A DNA stretch of 64,000 nucleotides from Selaginella moellendorffii. Taxonomy: Eukaryota; Plantae; Lycopodiophyta. The DNA lies in contig NW_003314286.1 in NCBI RefSeq assembly GCF_000143415.4, positions 1,797,718-1,861,717 on the forward strand, in the 5' to 3' direction. Of this stretch, positions 26,558-40,500 are shown one piece after another; the stretch's first letter is position 1; each line of letters starts with the position of its first letter. Made by a program: the position numbers and the translations under genes. The notes beneath the pieces were generated by a model. That model was not told where the DNA came from. It did no database searches and worked only from the letters and a program-made list of their open reading frames with translations.

Positions 26558-27608
26558 ATGTCAATGTCAGGGAGCGCCAGCACTGGACCAGCAATCACGA
26601 TTATTATAGAAGACGATGATGCCGATCTCCAAATTTCTTCCGAAGATTTGTTCTTGACTTTACCGCAGGTATGTTGCTGAGCACGTCTTGCGCCTTGCGA
26701 TCACTCCAAGAAAAAAAACAAAATATCTTCCGCTTCCATTGATTTTGTTTGAATTTTTTTTGCTTCTCATGCTGTTGTTTGCTGACATTGCTCAAGGTAA
26801 ACTCGGTCACTCGTCCAACACTCCACGACTTTATTGTCATTGATCCTCTGGACGATCCTTTAGAGCTGCGACTCGGTCCTTCAGGTTGCTCATAGTATTT
26901 TTTTATTATTTTTTTATTTCCTAGAGCTTAGTTTTTTCTAAGATTTAAGCTTTGCTTTGGTGTTTAATCCAGGTGCTTCCACTCCGAGACGAAGCGAGGA
27001 TGCCCGTGCAGACAGGCCGGACGCTCCTCCCGCGATCGATCTCCAGTTTTCGCTTAGCGGCGAAGCCATCACCGAAACTAAGAAGGTACGTCGAGCTCTC
27101 GTTTGCTCGCTTTCTCGGTTTGTTTGATTTGTTCGCTTGTGTTCGCGTCGTTTAGACTTTCTCGTGACGTGAGTGCTGTGTAGTTTATGGCCTGCCAGCC
27201 AAGTGGTACCTCGTAGAACTTGTGTGCTGGGTGCATCGTCATCACAATCAATTTCTCGAGTGAACTTCCAGGACCACCACGTTTCGTCCTTGTTTGACAA
27301 TTCCCTTTGGATTTTTCTTCTTCTTCTTCTTCTATTGATTTCCTCTCTGTTTTCTCTTTTCTTTGTTGTTTTCTCATGGGATGATCTTGCAGAGACGCAA
27401 GCCCTCCGCCGATGATTCGCTAAGCGCGGGTGTTAGGCTAACTTGTATCATCTGTATGGACGCGATGAAGGAAGAGACCTCAACCATATGTGGTCACATT
27501 TTTTGCAAAGAGTGTATTCTAGTGGCCATTCAAGCGCGCAAGGCATGCCCCACTTGCCGGAGGAAATTGACCAGCAAGGACATCCATCGCATCTACCTCT
27601 CGAGCTAA
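26558..27608 (+). CDS. RNF4-like SUMO-targeted RING E3 ligase (STUbL), ~4 exons
   Basis: SIM-like motifs (ITIIIEDDD, FIVIDP, AIDL) and a terminal C3HC4 RING CIICMDAMKEETSTICGHIFCKECI...CPTCRRKL...IHRIYL. Confidence 0.85.
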
Positions 27609-27951
27609 GCTAGCTCGAGAGAGAAATCCAGGGCCGCGTCTGCCGATCCACCGAGGGAAAAACTAAGAAAAAGATATGGAAAAGCAGGAAAGATATCGCC
27701 CGCCGCGAGAGATCTTCATACGTACCGCGCATGAAGAAATCGAGCAGCGGCAATTGTACCTTACGCTAGCTATAAGCTTGTCCCACCGCGGAAAAAGAAG
27801 AAGGGGTGACATTCTTCGTTCCAAAACCATATATGTGTATAAGCTATGATTCTTTTTGAAAGATTGATGATCTCTATCAATGCATTGACTGGGTGGGCAA
27901 AGAATATTTTGTCTAGTATGACATCCAAATCACAAGCTGGCCAGGCCATGC

Positions 27952-28024
27952 GCCACGTCCGCCGGGCGGGATCCTCCACGTCGGAGATGACGCGTCACGT
28001 GGCCTTCACGTGACGGTTCACGTG
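27952..28024. promoter_or_regulatory. Cluster of G-box/ACGT elements
   Basis: CACGTG at 27996, 28007 and 28019 plus two CCACGTC just upstream, in the long intergenic region 5' of the bHLH gene. Confidence 0.5.
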
Positions 28025-31000
28025 ATGGCCTGGGGGCCTTTTCTTTTCACCCCACGCCACCACCAGCGCAGTAACTCCAGTTAGTTGAAAATCCGCTGGC
28101 AAGGCAACAGTTTTGGATAAGAGACTAGGAGGCGGCACTTTCACCGAGGTGAAAGAGGCCCCTATCGGCGGCGTAATGGCCGCGCGGCAGGGCCAGCGGC
28201 GCCACCGGCGGCGGTGACGGTCGCGTGGCCCCGCCGCCCGCGGGGTGGCGCCGCGTGGCAGCCAGCTGGCAGAATATTCGGCGCTCTGAAAGCTGTAGCT
28301 GGGGACTGGAACTCCTTACCCGCGCTTAGATTTTTTCGCGTTCCTCTCGCTTTTGTTCTTCTTACAAGCAACGGCGACGATGAGGAGAGTTTTCAATGGG
28401 GGGCGTTGGCACGTCGTGGTAGCGGCATCTAGAAAACGTTGATGTGTGGGAGAAATTTTCGCTGGAACAAGAAGATTTCTATCATCCCCGCGGCGTCGTC
28501 AAGGGCGTTGCATCTATCTAGATTCTCCAGGGATCCAATTGCGCGCAACTCGCCATCTCTCAATCAGTTGGGATCGCTATCGTTAGTTGGGGGGTGGAGA
28601 ATCAATGCGTCGAGCTTGTTTGGTCCGTGCCAGTGCCTTTGACTGGCCAGCGTGGATTGATTTTCCATCGAAAGAGATTTCAGGGTTTCCATCGTTGCTC
28701 GCATCTTAGAATAGAGTATCTATATGATGCTCTACTCAAGGAAAACCACTAGTATAATCCCGGAATGATTGGCTTTGTCCATCGACGTGATCCATCCGGC
28801 TCATAAGTTTCTAACAAAATTAGTGTCTTTCTTTTCCACGCGCGCACGCTTGCATGCATTGCAAGCTGCTACACCGACACCCAACACATTGTTTGGTTCA
28901 CCCAACAAGCACCAATTTAGGCCAAGAAACTCCATCCAAACCAAAAAAAGAGGGTGTCAATGAATTGTGAATCAATGTTCTTCCCTGGACCCTGCGCTGG
29001 GATTCCCGAAAACAACCCCACAGGCTCCGGTTGATTGATCTCACGCCGACATATTCCCAGTTTTTTCTTGGCAATTTGGCCTGGAGTGGACGAGGACAAA
29101 GCTTTACGAAAGGGGTAATGTCGGTCGATCTCCAGCGACCGATTTCATCGATCAATCCAGTCCAATCCTCCTCGAAAAAGAAGGCCAAGGAAAAAGAGTA
29201 AGATTTGGAGAACTTGTGGTGGTTCTTCCAGTTGCCCCTTCCGTACAAATCCACATATCATGAAAATTAACATCCACCTCATCAAGTGTGGATCCAACAG
29301 CCGCAACAGCGATGCAACACACAAGGGTGCGATGTCGGTAAGTACAAGCATAGATCCATGTGCGCCATGGGGCCCATGTCCGGGCATTCAAGACAACGTA
29401 CGGCAGAGAAGCAGTGTGGGCGTACGGTGCCCACCCCAGGGGAAACAGCAGCATTTACTGCGCATCCCTGGAATATGCGCGGCCCAGGTGGGCTCGGGCT
29501 CCAGCCGGGTGACGTCGGCTGCCACCGTGGCAGGAGACGTCAGCGGGGGTTTTGGCAGGACACGCGTCACCGCCCCAGTTCCCCACTGTCCAAGCTGACA
29601 GATGAGCGGTGAAGATAATTCCAGCCGGGTAGTCCTCTTTTTTCCAACCGTCCGGCCGGGCGGTGGATCTTGACCACGGTTGTTCCGTAATTCAACTCGC
29701 CTGTGGCCCGTCCGATGGTGCCAGCGACGGCCAAGATTGCCCCTAGCGCTGCGCTTTTCTGTAATGTCCGTGGTCCGAGCAAGCAAAAGATCTTTGGCGA
29801 TTTCGCGAGAAAGGGGCGGATCCCACTTCGCATTCCTCGCTCTCGCTCGCATTGAATCCATGATCCCACAAACCGCAAACATCCTGTACAGAGGAGGGCA
29901 GAGTGTAGAATTGCCCAGATTTTAGACAAGGAAGGCACCCAATTGACGATCTTGCCGAGCTCAGGGAAAGCAAGCTCGCTGGTGCAAAGGGTAGCCTCTC
30001 CTAGTAGCTAGCGTGTGTCTGTGGATTCGATCCAATCCACCCAGCCATTTTAACCATCTTGCGCTCTGGATGGATGTGACATTAGCCATGACGCATTGTC
30101 ACTCTCTTTCATCGCTCAGCGGCAAATTCATGTCGATTCCTCGCTGCCCATGAATGAAATCATCCTGTCTTGTGTGTCTTCTCAAAGATCCCTCGTTTGT
30201 TTTTTATATAAATCCAGAGAGCCCAGTTTGCCTGGCCTAGAACAGGGGAGCCCTGGGAGAGAGAGAGAGAAAGAGAGAACCTCACTGTGAAAGGTATAGT
30301 TATGTCTTTCTCTGGCGCGTGAGAGTGTGTGCATTGGATTCCTTGCTCCTTCCTAAGCTCTATTTTTTTTTTCTCTCTTTTATTTCTTTCGCTGAGATGA
30401 CTTGAGGCCACCACCACCACCACCTCCCGCCCATGTGAAAAAAGCTTCGCTGCTACCTTCTTTCTTTGCTTTGGGGCTTTGGCTTGCGAGAGGAAGTGAG
30501 AGAGATTGAGAGGTTTTCCCCGAAGCCTTTTCTTTCCCCTCTCGCCCTCACCACATTCACTCCATTCGCCATCAAAGGCGGCCACACCACCCCCGCCAAA
30601 CGATCTGGAAGTGAGCGAGCGAGCGAGCGAGCGAGAGCTTGTTGTTAGCACCCCTTGGATTGATCCATCCAAAGCGTGCTTGCTTGAGCTTAAATCTCTG
30701 GGAACTAAACAAACGGGACGGGAAGTTGGCTCCTCACAGAAAAGGGAGAGCGAGAAACAAAAAGAGAGAGAGAGAAAGAGAGTCGCGTGGCAGTGCAGGC
30801 ATCAGCGCTGAGCGGCAGCACAAGAGCCAGAGAGCAGTGGTTTCAAGCGCAATTCAACGCTGCCAGTGTAGATCCATTCCCCTTGCTTTTGCCCACTTTC
30901 TCTCCTTTGCTCCTCGTCTAGATTCGTTTCGCCACCATTATATTGCTCGAGTAGCAGTCACTCCTCGGAATCCCTCTATACAAGGCCGTGGAGAAGCGTG

Positions 31001-31051
31001 AAGAGCGGTGAATTGCGATCAAATTCTCATTCCCGGGTGACTACAGATATT

Positions 31052-31089
<38 letters not shown>

Positions 31090-31383
31090 CTATCATCTCG
31101 CTCCAGGCAGCTCTCGCGGCGAATGAAAGTGCGCGGAGCAAGGATTCGTGGGGTTTAATCCCTGATTCTCCGAGAAGAAGAGGCGTCGAAGGCGCAGGGG
31201 AAGTTGCCCGCGCATGCCCGCAAAAATCTTGGCCAGTTTTTCCATCCCTCGCCCGAGTCGCTCCACGCCGCCCGTGTCGTTCTCCGGAATTGGCCGCGTC
31301 GCTGCGCTAGCTGCTGTGTGGCTCGCTCGCCTCTGGCTCGTAACGCCCTGGGCATTGACCAGATAAATGCGCTGCTGCTCCCC

Positions 31384-32655
31384 ATGGATTCCTCGTCGTC
31401 GGAGCAACTGGCCGGGTTCGGGATCGTGGGGCACCAGTTTGGGAGCGGCGCTAGCAGCTATGTCCTCGACATGGATCGAGTGGAGCCGCCGTTTCTCTGC
31501 GCGGGGGAGGAGCACGCCACGGACTCGTCCAGCCAGTCAAGCCCAGCCGGCGCCGGGATATCGATTGACTTTGGCGGCGGCATGGAGTCAACTGAGGAGC
31601 TCCACTACCTCATCCATGGCGGCGACCGCAGCGTGTTCGATCAATTGGACATCTTTGGGCAGCACAATTTCCCGCCGCTGCTCGACCCAGCCGCCGCGCT
31701 GGGCTGCGGCGACGCCCACCACGGCCAGCTCCCGGATTTAGACGAGCTGATCCAGGCCTCGGGCGTGGACGCGGTCGGATCCAGCAGCAGTGATGGCGAG
31801 GGCGTGGATCATCAGCACCAGCACCAGCACCAGCAGCACGAGGCGGTGCACGCTTCCGCGAGCTCGGCCACCTCCAGCGCCAGCTCCGACGCGGATGTGT
31901 GTCCCTTGGGCACCAGCAGCTCCGGCGCCACCTCGGTCATGCAGCAGGCCCAAGCAATCCAGCCGGGCGAGCCATGGGCTCATCGCTTCCCTGATGTCGG
32001 TTTCACATCCGGCATGGCCGCGGTTCCAGAGAGCAAGCAAGGGATGTTCTCGGCTTCCCAAGGAGGCAGCGACATGGAGCAAGGTTCTTCCCAAGCTCCC
32101 AATGAACAACATCAAGGTGGTGGTGGTGGTGGTGGCGGTGGCGCCGGCATGGAAAACATGCGGGAGACCTTGTATAGAATGGCGGTCTGGAGGCCCATCA
32201 CGGCCACGGATTGCCTGGGCGGGAGCAAGCCCAAGCGGAGGAACGTGCGAATCTCGTCGGATCCACAGACGGTGGCGGCGAGGCACCGGCGGGAGAGGAT
32301 CAGCACCAAGATCAGGATCTTGCAAAGGCTGGTTCCCGGAGGTACCAAGATGGACACGGCCTCGATGCTAGACGAGGCCATCCACTATGTCAAGTATCTC
32401 AAGTCGCAGGTCCAGGCTATGGAGATGCTGGAGCAGAGCAGTGGTGATCAACCCCTGCTCAGGAATTCATCATCAGCTGCATCATTAGCGTCCACAGCGA
32501 CAGCAGCATCACAAACTGCTGCTCCAGGGATCTGTCATTTGTACAACGCGCACAGTGGAAGTGGTCTGCTGAATGGCAGCATCTTTTGGCCACAGCAGTT
32601 TTCAATGGACAGTGGTGGACTCCTAGTACAACAGGTCAACATTTCAGGATATTGA
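31384..32655 (+). CDS. HEC: bHLH transcription factor, HECATE/INDEHISCENT clade (subfamily VIIIb), intronless
   Basis: HEC domain [17 protein letters not shown]...[63 protein letters not shown]. Confidence 0.93.
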   Translation: MDSSSSEQLAGFGIVGHQFGSGASSYVLDMDRVEPPFLCAGEEHATDSSSQSSPAGAGISIDFGGGMESTEELHYLIHGGDRSVFDQLDIFGQHNFPPLLDPAAALGCGDAHHGQLPDLDELIQASGVDAVGSSSSDGEGVDHQHQHQHQQHEAVHASASSATSSASSDADVCPLGTSSSGATSVMQQAQAIQPGEPWAHRFPDVGFTSGMAAVPESKQGMFSASQGGSDMEQGSSQAPNEQHQGGGGGGGGGAGMENMRETLYRMAVWRPITATDCLGGSKPKRRNVRISSDPQTVAARHRRERISTKIRILQRLVPGGTKMDTASMLDEAIHYVKYLKSQVQAMEMLEQSSGDQPLLRNSSSAASLASTATAASQTAAPGICHLYNAHSGSGLLNGSIFWPQQFSMDSGGLLVQQVNISGY

Positions 32656-34113
32656 TCAATCAATCAATCTTTTCCGTTCTTTTCTTCTTCTTGCTCTTCT
32701 TCTTATTGATCTCCTTGATATCTTTTTCCCCCCTCTGCATTGGTGCAAGATCAGGAGCAAGATCACACATGCACAAGCTGATCCGGGCAAAGGCACACAA
32801 CACCCACACATGTAACATGCCTCCCTCTCACTTGCTTTTCTGGTTTTGTTTGGATTCCTCCTCCTCCTCCTCCTCCTCCTTGTCTCTTTCTCTCTGTGTG
32901 TAATTTCCAGATTTTGATGAAACATCTGCATAGGGCTGGGCTTCCTCCTCCCTTGTCATGTGGAAAGGACCAAGCAGCTCGTGAGAGAAGGATCGATGAC
33001 CATATGATCTTGTGCTTTGCTCTCTCTCAAATGGAAATGTAAATGTCTCGAGTGTTAAATTGGCTGGTTGGGCCGGTTTGCTGGTGGTTGACCTGTGTCA
33101 ATGGAAGTAGGGTCCATTGGAGATCTTCCAAGAGCAGATCCAGATTCTTCTGCTTAGCATGATTGGCAGATATTCAACACTGCTTTAGGTGGACTTGTTC
33201 AGACAGACAACTACAACATCAAAGCACAGGATTTGCTTGCCATTTCCAACACAAACACATATATGCACTCAACACACACACACTAACAACCAAGACATTA
33301 TTGTGTAGCTTGGGGGGAACAAGGCATTGCCCAAAAGCTGAGGATGTGATTCCTCTTGGCCCCAATTTGTTTATGCAAGGAATGTTCCTCTATTTCGTGA
33401 CAATGTGGATTTGCTTTGGGAACACAAAGGAAAAATGTGTTGCACTGGGATGGATGACTAAAATACCAAGCCTCGTATTTGTTAACAATTGATTTGCTTT
33501 AGCACGTGTAACCCATGCTCTTGTATTTTAGAGCACAAAACTCCAGCCCATATTCCGTTACCATGAAAATATAAGTTTCTTCCTGTGTTTGGGGCAAGAT
33601 TTTTTGCAGTCCAGCAGATCACCCAAAATGAGCAAGATATCACACAATGATCTCAAATGGGACGAAAACAGCAGCAAAGCTCTTCTTGGTTATGTTTCCA
33701 AAACTGTTGCAGCAGCAACCTTTGTCTCTAGTTTTCATCTATCCGAGAACAGTGCGAAAGAAAACAAAGCGAACACTCCCCACACTGATTTCAATATGCA
33801 CGAGCACCAGTGCATGCATTTGGGCTACTGCATGCTCTCTCGAGGATTCCAGCCAAGTCTTGCAGAAAAAGGTGGCAACATTAGAGCCCAACTAAATATT
33901 ATATGCATTTGAATGTACTCTACGAAGGGTGGCGCTTCAGTGTCTCAACCTGCTTCTACATTACTTTTGTTGATTTCAAGAAGGAAACTATTGATTTCTT
34001 GATATCAAATAAAACTATATCATACTCGTTATACTAGTCAGATAACAAATAGATACTCCCTCAGAATCAGAAAAAAGTTGTTTCTCTAAATTGAAGAAAA
34101 GGATGAGCCCAAG

Positions 34114-35153
34114 TCATTCTATATTGTGAAAACCGGGTAGCAATGACGTGACGAAACCAACAGCGAGCATTTGCACTTCCCTCACGAATCCTCTCCAGTT
34201 ACCAAGTTGAGCTTGCGCTTGCGCTTGATCTTGATCTTGGGCTTGAGCTTGATCTTCAGCTCGTGCTGGCTGTTCGTCCGCATCGGGAGCTGCTGCCACC
34301 CTTGCCTCGTTTTGCAGATCCTCGGGTGGAATTGCTGCTGGAACAGCAGCAGCACCATTATCTCCACCTCGTGCCTCTAATCACCAAAAAAGAGCAAAGT
34401 AAAGCTCGAAAAGGAGAAGAAGAAAAAGAAAAAGAAACCTGGGACTGGAGCATTGCGAGCTGGCTGTATAGGAGGCATCATGATCCTCCTCGCTCTTTCC
34501 GAGGCCCAACGGAGTATTGGTGTCAATGCTCCAGTCTGATACCTGTCAAGAGCTCATAAGGACGCGAATAAATTCGCGAAAACAAAAACTTACAGGTAAA
34601 CTATACTCGCCAGGAAGAGCAGTAGTAGCCGGTCACGAGATCCATCTTGGCTGAAGATGAATACCATCGTGATAAGCTTGAGAATTAGCAGCAAATCGAG
34701 ATGGATGCCAACTTGAAACCTCCGGACGATGACTCTTTCTTGTTGATCCGGCCTGGCCCCTGCTGCTGCTTGACCTGCTGCCCCTTCTGTTGTTTCGGAA
34801 GGATCCTCTCTACCGAAAGGAATTCCCCTGGCAGCAATCAGGAATTTTCGAGAGTGTAGAACACCAAAGTTTTACACGAAAGGATAATTTAAAGCTTACA
34901 ATGGAGCGCCATATGCGAAAGGAACTGGCGGTAGGCTCGATCCCACCGCTGGGACGGCAAAAATGCCACCCTGACGCGAATTCTCATCCTGAGGAGCGGG
35001 ATAAAGAGGAATCATCGGCATTCCAGAGACCGGATCGAAGACAACGGGGACATAGAATGGCGCCTGCACGAGCATCGAGATGGCGAGATCTGCGAGGAAT
35101 TGGAGAGCTCTCACCTGGAATTGGCCTTGCTTCGTTGCGCCTTGTTCTTCCAT
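34114..35153 (-). CDS. EBS7: EBS7-like plant ERAD membrane component, multi-exon
   Basis: VRRFQVGIHLDLLLILKLITMVFIFSQDGSRDRL...YLYQTGALTPILRW and C-terminus WRGFVREVQMLAVGFVTSLLPGFHNIE match my recollection of the At4g29960 family. Confidence 0.8.
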
Positions 35154-35305
35154 TTCGAACAAAAAACCCTAGGTAGTTCAAGAAGGTTTGGTGTTCGAAT
35201 CCCTATAGAATCGTGGCTGCCTCGTTGTGTCCGTCCAAAATAAATGTACCGTTGGGGATCCGACGAGCAAGGGCAAATTCGTTTGAAGTTTTAGGGTTCT
35301 TGGGA

Positions 35306-37450
35306 ATGAAGAAGAAGCCGCCAAGCCCTCCTCCATTCTCGGAATCGACGGGTCTGCTGGAGCTTGTGACGCCGCCCAAGCCGCATTTAGTCGATCGGCG
35401 CCTGGATGCGTCGTCTTGCTGCCGGCAGTTGATGCTGCAAGGTACCAGATCTTGAGGGCTAGGTTTTCCCTTTCTCGCCGATAATCTTGTCAATTCTCTT
35501 CCAGAATCTCCTCAACGTGATGCCGCTGTCGGGAAAGAGAATCGCTCGGCTCGAAAATACAAGCAATCGAAGGCGATGAATGCCAAGAACGTTCTGGGGG
35601 AACGAAGCGTGAATCTTGATCGTGGAGCTGCTCCGGAGCAGAATGTAGCAGAGCAGGTTGAAATTTTGGGTGAAAATCTCAACGATCAGGAGCCCCGGCT
35701 GGCAGACCAGGCAGGATGTGAGAATCTTGACAGAGGCGGAAGCGCTGAGAAGATGGAAGATCAGGCCAAAGAAAGCTCGGTACCTGGTGCAGTGACGGCA
35801 TTTGTGATGGATCCAGCGGAAATTCAAGAAGGTGGGGAGGTGATGGAACTTTCTCCGAATCCCAGCGACATATCCAAGACAATTCTCGACATTCTCGAGG
35901 ACGACAGCACGGAAGTGGAGAAGCCGCCGTATCATCCAGTATCAAACCCATTTTCACCACGCCCTCGGTTCTTAAGGCTCAAGCGAGGTGGGAAAGCTCA
36001 GCAGCCTTACGATCCCGAGTCCAACCCGCTATCTCCAAGGCCAGAGTTTCTGAGATACAATCCTGTCAAGCACCGGGAGTTTGTGCAAGCACACGAGACT
36101 GGTCGGGTCGAGAAAGCTTTGGTTTTCTCGGACGTTGGTAGTGACGACGGTCAAGCTCCAGAGTTGTCCGGTTTGAAGCGAAGTGCCTCTTGTCCCGATC
36201 TGACCATCACAGACGACCAATTTCCACTGCCACCTTTAGGAAAAACTCCGGCTGTTTCGCTCGAAGGAAAGGCACAGGCAGACACGCAGGAATGCAATCG
36301 CAAAATCCCAGTAGCTTCTGGACAGAGCGTGATCTTGAGAAGAGCGTTGCTTCTACTGCTGTCTCTCAGCTTTCTTGCGACAGCCTGCGTCGAGCTACGA
36401 GGTCGCTCTGGTTTCTTCAGGGACTTGGGACAGAAAATAGTGTTTCGGACGCCGGAACGGAGAACCTCGGAAGCTGAAGGCTATCCCGGAAACTGGGGAA
36501 TCGTAACCGGTGTGTCCAATCACTCCCTGCTGATGGTACCCGAAGTCCGCGAGAGGATTCTTCTGTCGGTTTATGGTGAAGATGGGGATGATGCTGTGAT
36601 CACTTTAACGACAGATGAGCTAAGGAACGTGGAAGTTGCGGCAGCCTTGACCGACACAGAGGTTTCGGAAGCAAATGAGCCAGGAAGTGTCGAGGCGGCA
36701 AGCGACGAAGTTGATATGGTGGCGGAGCAAAAGAAAAAATTGGCAGAGAGTAGCGGAAAGTGCTCGAGGTTTGAGTGGGAGGAAAGCGTGGCGAAGATGT
36801 GTCTGGAGAAGACCATCTTTCGTCATACCCCAGGTGGTGAACTTCCCGTTCCGACTACAACAACGTTTGAAGCAGCGGTTACAGAGATAGAGGGCTTGGA
36901 GGATGCGGCATTGCTCGAATTCTTCAAGAGCATAGCTGGGGAGCCAATGGATCACACAAGAAACTCGAGCACGCCCGGTTTGCTTGGACAGCGCTTCGCC
37001 AACATGCTGGGCTCACTGTCGAGAAGCTTGAGGACTTCACTGTGGAGCAAGCTAGCAGTCGAAAGCTTATCAGTGCTCGGTGTTGCCGGCACGGCTATCA
37101 TCTGGCTGAGGAAGAGACGACGGGCAGGCGTAGCGCGCGCCTCAGCAGTAGCACCACTGGCAACATTTTCTCGTCGCGGAAAAACGCAAAGCGTTGCAAC
37201 TCGAGAGACGATGACCACCACCAGCAGTGAAGAGAGCGGATCGGGCAGCACCAGCACAAACGAAGACTACGGTAGCTTCACTGCGATGGAACCACTGGAT
37301 TCGCGGGTAAGTTCTTCCTCGCGTTGATTCATTCAAGCTCTGACATACTGTTTATCTGCTTAAAACCAGGGAGAGATCAAAATCACGCCGGTGAGAAGGT
37401 CTAGTAGGATACGAGGCCGTGGTACTCAGTCACCGATGCTCAGAGGGTAA
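35306..37450 (+). CDS. Plant-specific two-TM protein with YDPxxNxLSPRPxFLxY motif and C-terminal TPVRRSSRIR (At1g16630/At2g16270-like); 3 exons
   Basis: PYDPESNPLSPRPEFLRYNP, two hydrophobic helices, YGSFT, and a spliced last exon 37370-37450 GEIKITPVRRSSRIRG; upstream exon from 35306 splices in frame. Confidence 0.75.
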
Positions 37451-37536
37451 AAGATATAATCGAATGAAAGAAGCTTGAGAAGAGAATATACCCAAATTAT
37501 TTTAAATCACGAGGGATTTAGGGTTCTTCGCGGGGT

Positions 37537-40500
37537 ATGGCCGTGTCCGTGGCAGCGGAATGGAGCGCCATCGCCAACAGGTACTACCGGAAGCAGGAGA
37601 TCTATCGCATGGCGTGGCACAATGTGGAGCTGAGCGGCCACAAGGTAGCGTGCGCGCGATTCGGGGGGATGATCGCCATTATCAGGGACGACACCAAGAT
37701 CGTCCGGCTCCGATCCGAGCCAGCGCGCCCCAAGCTCCTGATATTTCGATCCTCCGGCCTGCTGGTCGCATCGATAACCTGGGACCGGCCCGGCGGCCGA
37801 TTGATCGCCATGGGATGGTCCGACGAAGAAATCCTCCACTGTGTGATGCAAGACGGGAGTGTGTTTCGATATGACGTCCACGGGAAGCTGCTACCCGATA
37901 AGGTCTGGTTTGGACAGGAATGCTGGGATCAAGGGATCATGGAATGCATCATCTGGGGAAATGGGATCGTCTGCCTCACCGAGGCCAACGCGGTGTTTTG
38001 CATCCCGGATCTCGGCTCCCCGCAGTTCGTGAAGCTCACGCAGCTCACTCTGGAAGATCCTCCTCACTGTATGGCGATCATAGAGCCCCAGCACACGGTG
38101 TCGGGGAGTGTGGAGGTTTTGCTCGCGGTGGAGTCGACTGTGATGGTGGTGGATGGCGGATCCATCCAGGATCAAGGGACGACGATAGGACCGCTCGGGA
38201 AGATGGTAGCTTCTCCTAACGGGAGCTACGTCGCGTGCTTCACTCACGATGGACGGCTTCTGGTCGTCACCAGTGACTTTTCAAAAACCATCTCGGAATT
38301 CGACACTCAGGTGGGACGCAAAGAAACGCTTTTTCTGGTTCTTAGTGTTGCATGCTGTTTTGCAGTCTGCTCTACCGCCCGAGCAGCTCATATGGTGTGG
38401 AATGGACAGCGTTTTGCTCTACTCCGACGACAGTGTGCTCATGGTTGGTCCTTACGGCGATTGGACCAAGTACACTTACGACGAGCCTGTCGTGCTTATT
38501 CCCGAGTGTGATGGCGTCCGAATCCTGTCCAACACGTTCATGGAGTTTCTCCAGCGGGTGCCGGACACGACGGTGTCTATTTTTTCGATTGGGAGCACGT
38601 CTCCGGGGGCAATGCTCTACGATGCTTACGACCACTTCGCGAAACGCAATGCCAAGGTTCGTGGCTTGATGCTGGTGTTATTGTATCTTTGACATAAAAT
38701 GCTCTACAGGCCGATGAAAGTATCCGAATGGTTGGTTCTTCTATTCCTGACGCTGTTGAAGCGTGTATAGATGCTGCTGGACAAGAGTTTAGGATGGAGT
38801 TGCAAGACACGCTAATGCGTGCCGCAGTTTATGGTAGAACTTTCTGCAGGTATGCTGCCATCTGCACTGAAATGTTGCACATTCTTTCTCCTGGCAGACG
38901 CTTCTCGAAGACCCGCATACGTGAAACGTGTAAGACATTACGAATATTGAATGGCGTAAGGGATCCAAATGTTGGCATTCCCCTGACGCTGCAACAGTTG
39001 AAGGTTCACACTTTATTGATTTTGTATCAACGTTACGCATTCCTTTCTACAGGTTTTAACTTTGCCAGTTCTTATCGAGCGGCTTGTGAATGAACACAAG
39101 CACTTACTTGCCATCAGGATGTCGGAGTACATGGGTCTTAGTCCAGTAAGCCTTTGAAACCATTCAACTTCTGCAATACCGAGCTCTGCCAGGCAGGAAA
39201 CAGTTGTAGTTCATTGGGCAGGCGCGATGATTACCGCGGCCACCTCAGTACCAGACCCAGAACTATGCAACCTTCTACTGGAGAAGGTACCTTTATGCAA
39301 GTCTGACATGCTCGTTTAACTTTCGTGTTACCAGCTGAAAATGTATTCTGTGTCATACGCTGCAATTGCTGCTCATGCTTACAGAAATGGCCGGCGAACT
39401 CTGGCTGCACTGCTTCTGGAGCACGAGCCACGGTCTTCCGAACAGGTATGATGAATGGCATAAGAAAAAGTCGGTCATCTGTTGTTTTTCAGGTTCCCCT
39501 TTTGACGAGCATGGGAGAAGAGGAAAAAGCTTTGGGGAAAGCCATCAAGAGTGGAGATACAGACCTTGTTTACTTCACGTTATTTCATCTATGGCAAAAG
39601 GTACGCCTTCGGCTATTCTCAATTTAACGCGCGGATGAACTTTTTGCGATTGTAGAAATCACCGTCAGAGTTTACACGTGCTGTTCAAGACAAGCCTCTT
39701 GCTCGCAACCTTTTTATCGCCTATGCGAGGTAATCTGTCGGTTAACTATGCAAGCCTTTCATTTGTTTTCTCTTTGTTTTAGACAAAATGAACCCGATGT
39801 TTTGAAGAAGTTCTTCGCATCAATTGGACAACTTCATGTACGTCTTTGTTGCTTTGTTTATTTATTATGAATCCGATTGCAGAGGGTTGGCGAGCTTCTG
39901 TTATGGGAAGCGTGGGCGCAATCCAAAAATCCTGTCACTCGACAAGGATCTCCTCTTCAAGGCCCTCGAATTCGTCTTATAGAAGAAGCTCAACGCCTGT
40001 TTTCTCACAGCAAGGAGCACGACTTTGAGGCGAAAGCTTGTGACGAGCAAGCACGGCTACTGAAGTACGCTAGTTTTTATGTGATCGACATCTCATTCTA
40101 TTCCACAGGATCCAGCACGAACTAGAAGCAAAAACTGGCAAAGCGATTTTCGTGGACACCAGTGTCAGTGATACGATTCGGACATGCATTGTTTTGAAAA
40201 ATCACCGAGAGGCGCAAAGGATTCGTGTCGAATTCAAGGTAGTCTTTTCTCGCACGTTGGAATAATCTCCATTGTTTCCGTCTCAGGTCCCAGACAAGCG
40301 ATTCTATTGGCTCAAGATTCTGGCGCTTGCATACATCAAGGACTGGGACGCGCTCGAAAAGTTTTCGAAAGAGAGAAGGCCGCCAGTTGGTAAGAAAAAG
40401 CTCAGCTCCACGTCACTTCTCTGATTCTCTCTTCCAGGATTTAAGCCCTTCGTCGAAGCTTGCCTACAAGAAGGCCAGACCTCCGAGGCACTGAAGTACA

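Noticed and set aside
28769-29973. Short ORFs in the HEC upstream region as a possible TE or gene fragment
   Set aside because: No transposase/RT motifs, terminal repeats or coherent splice pattern seen.
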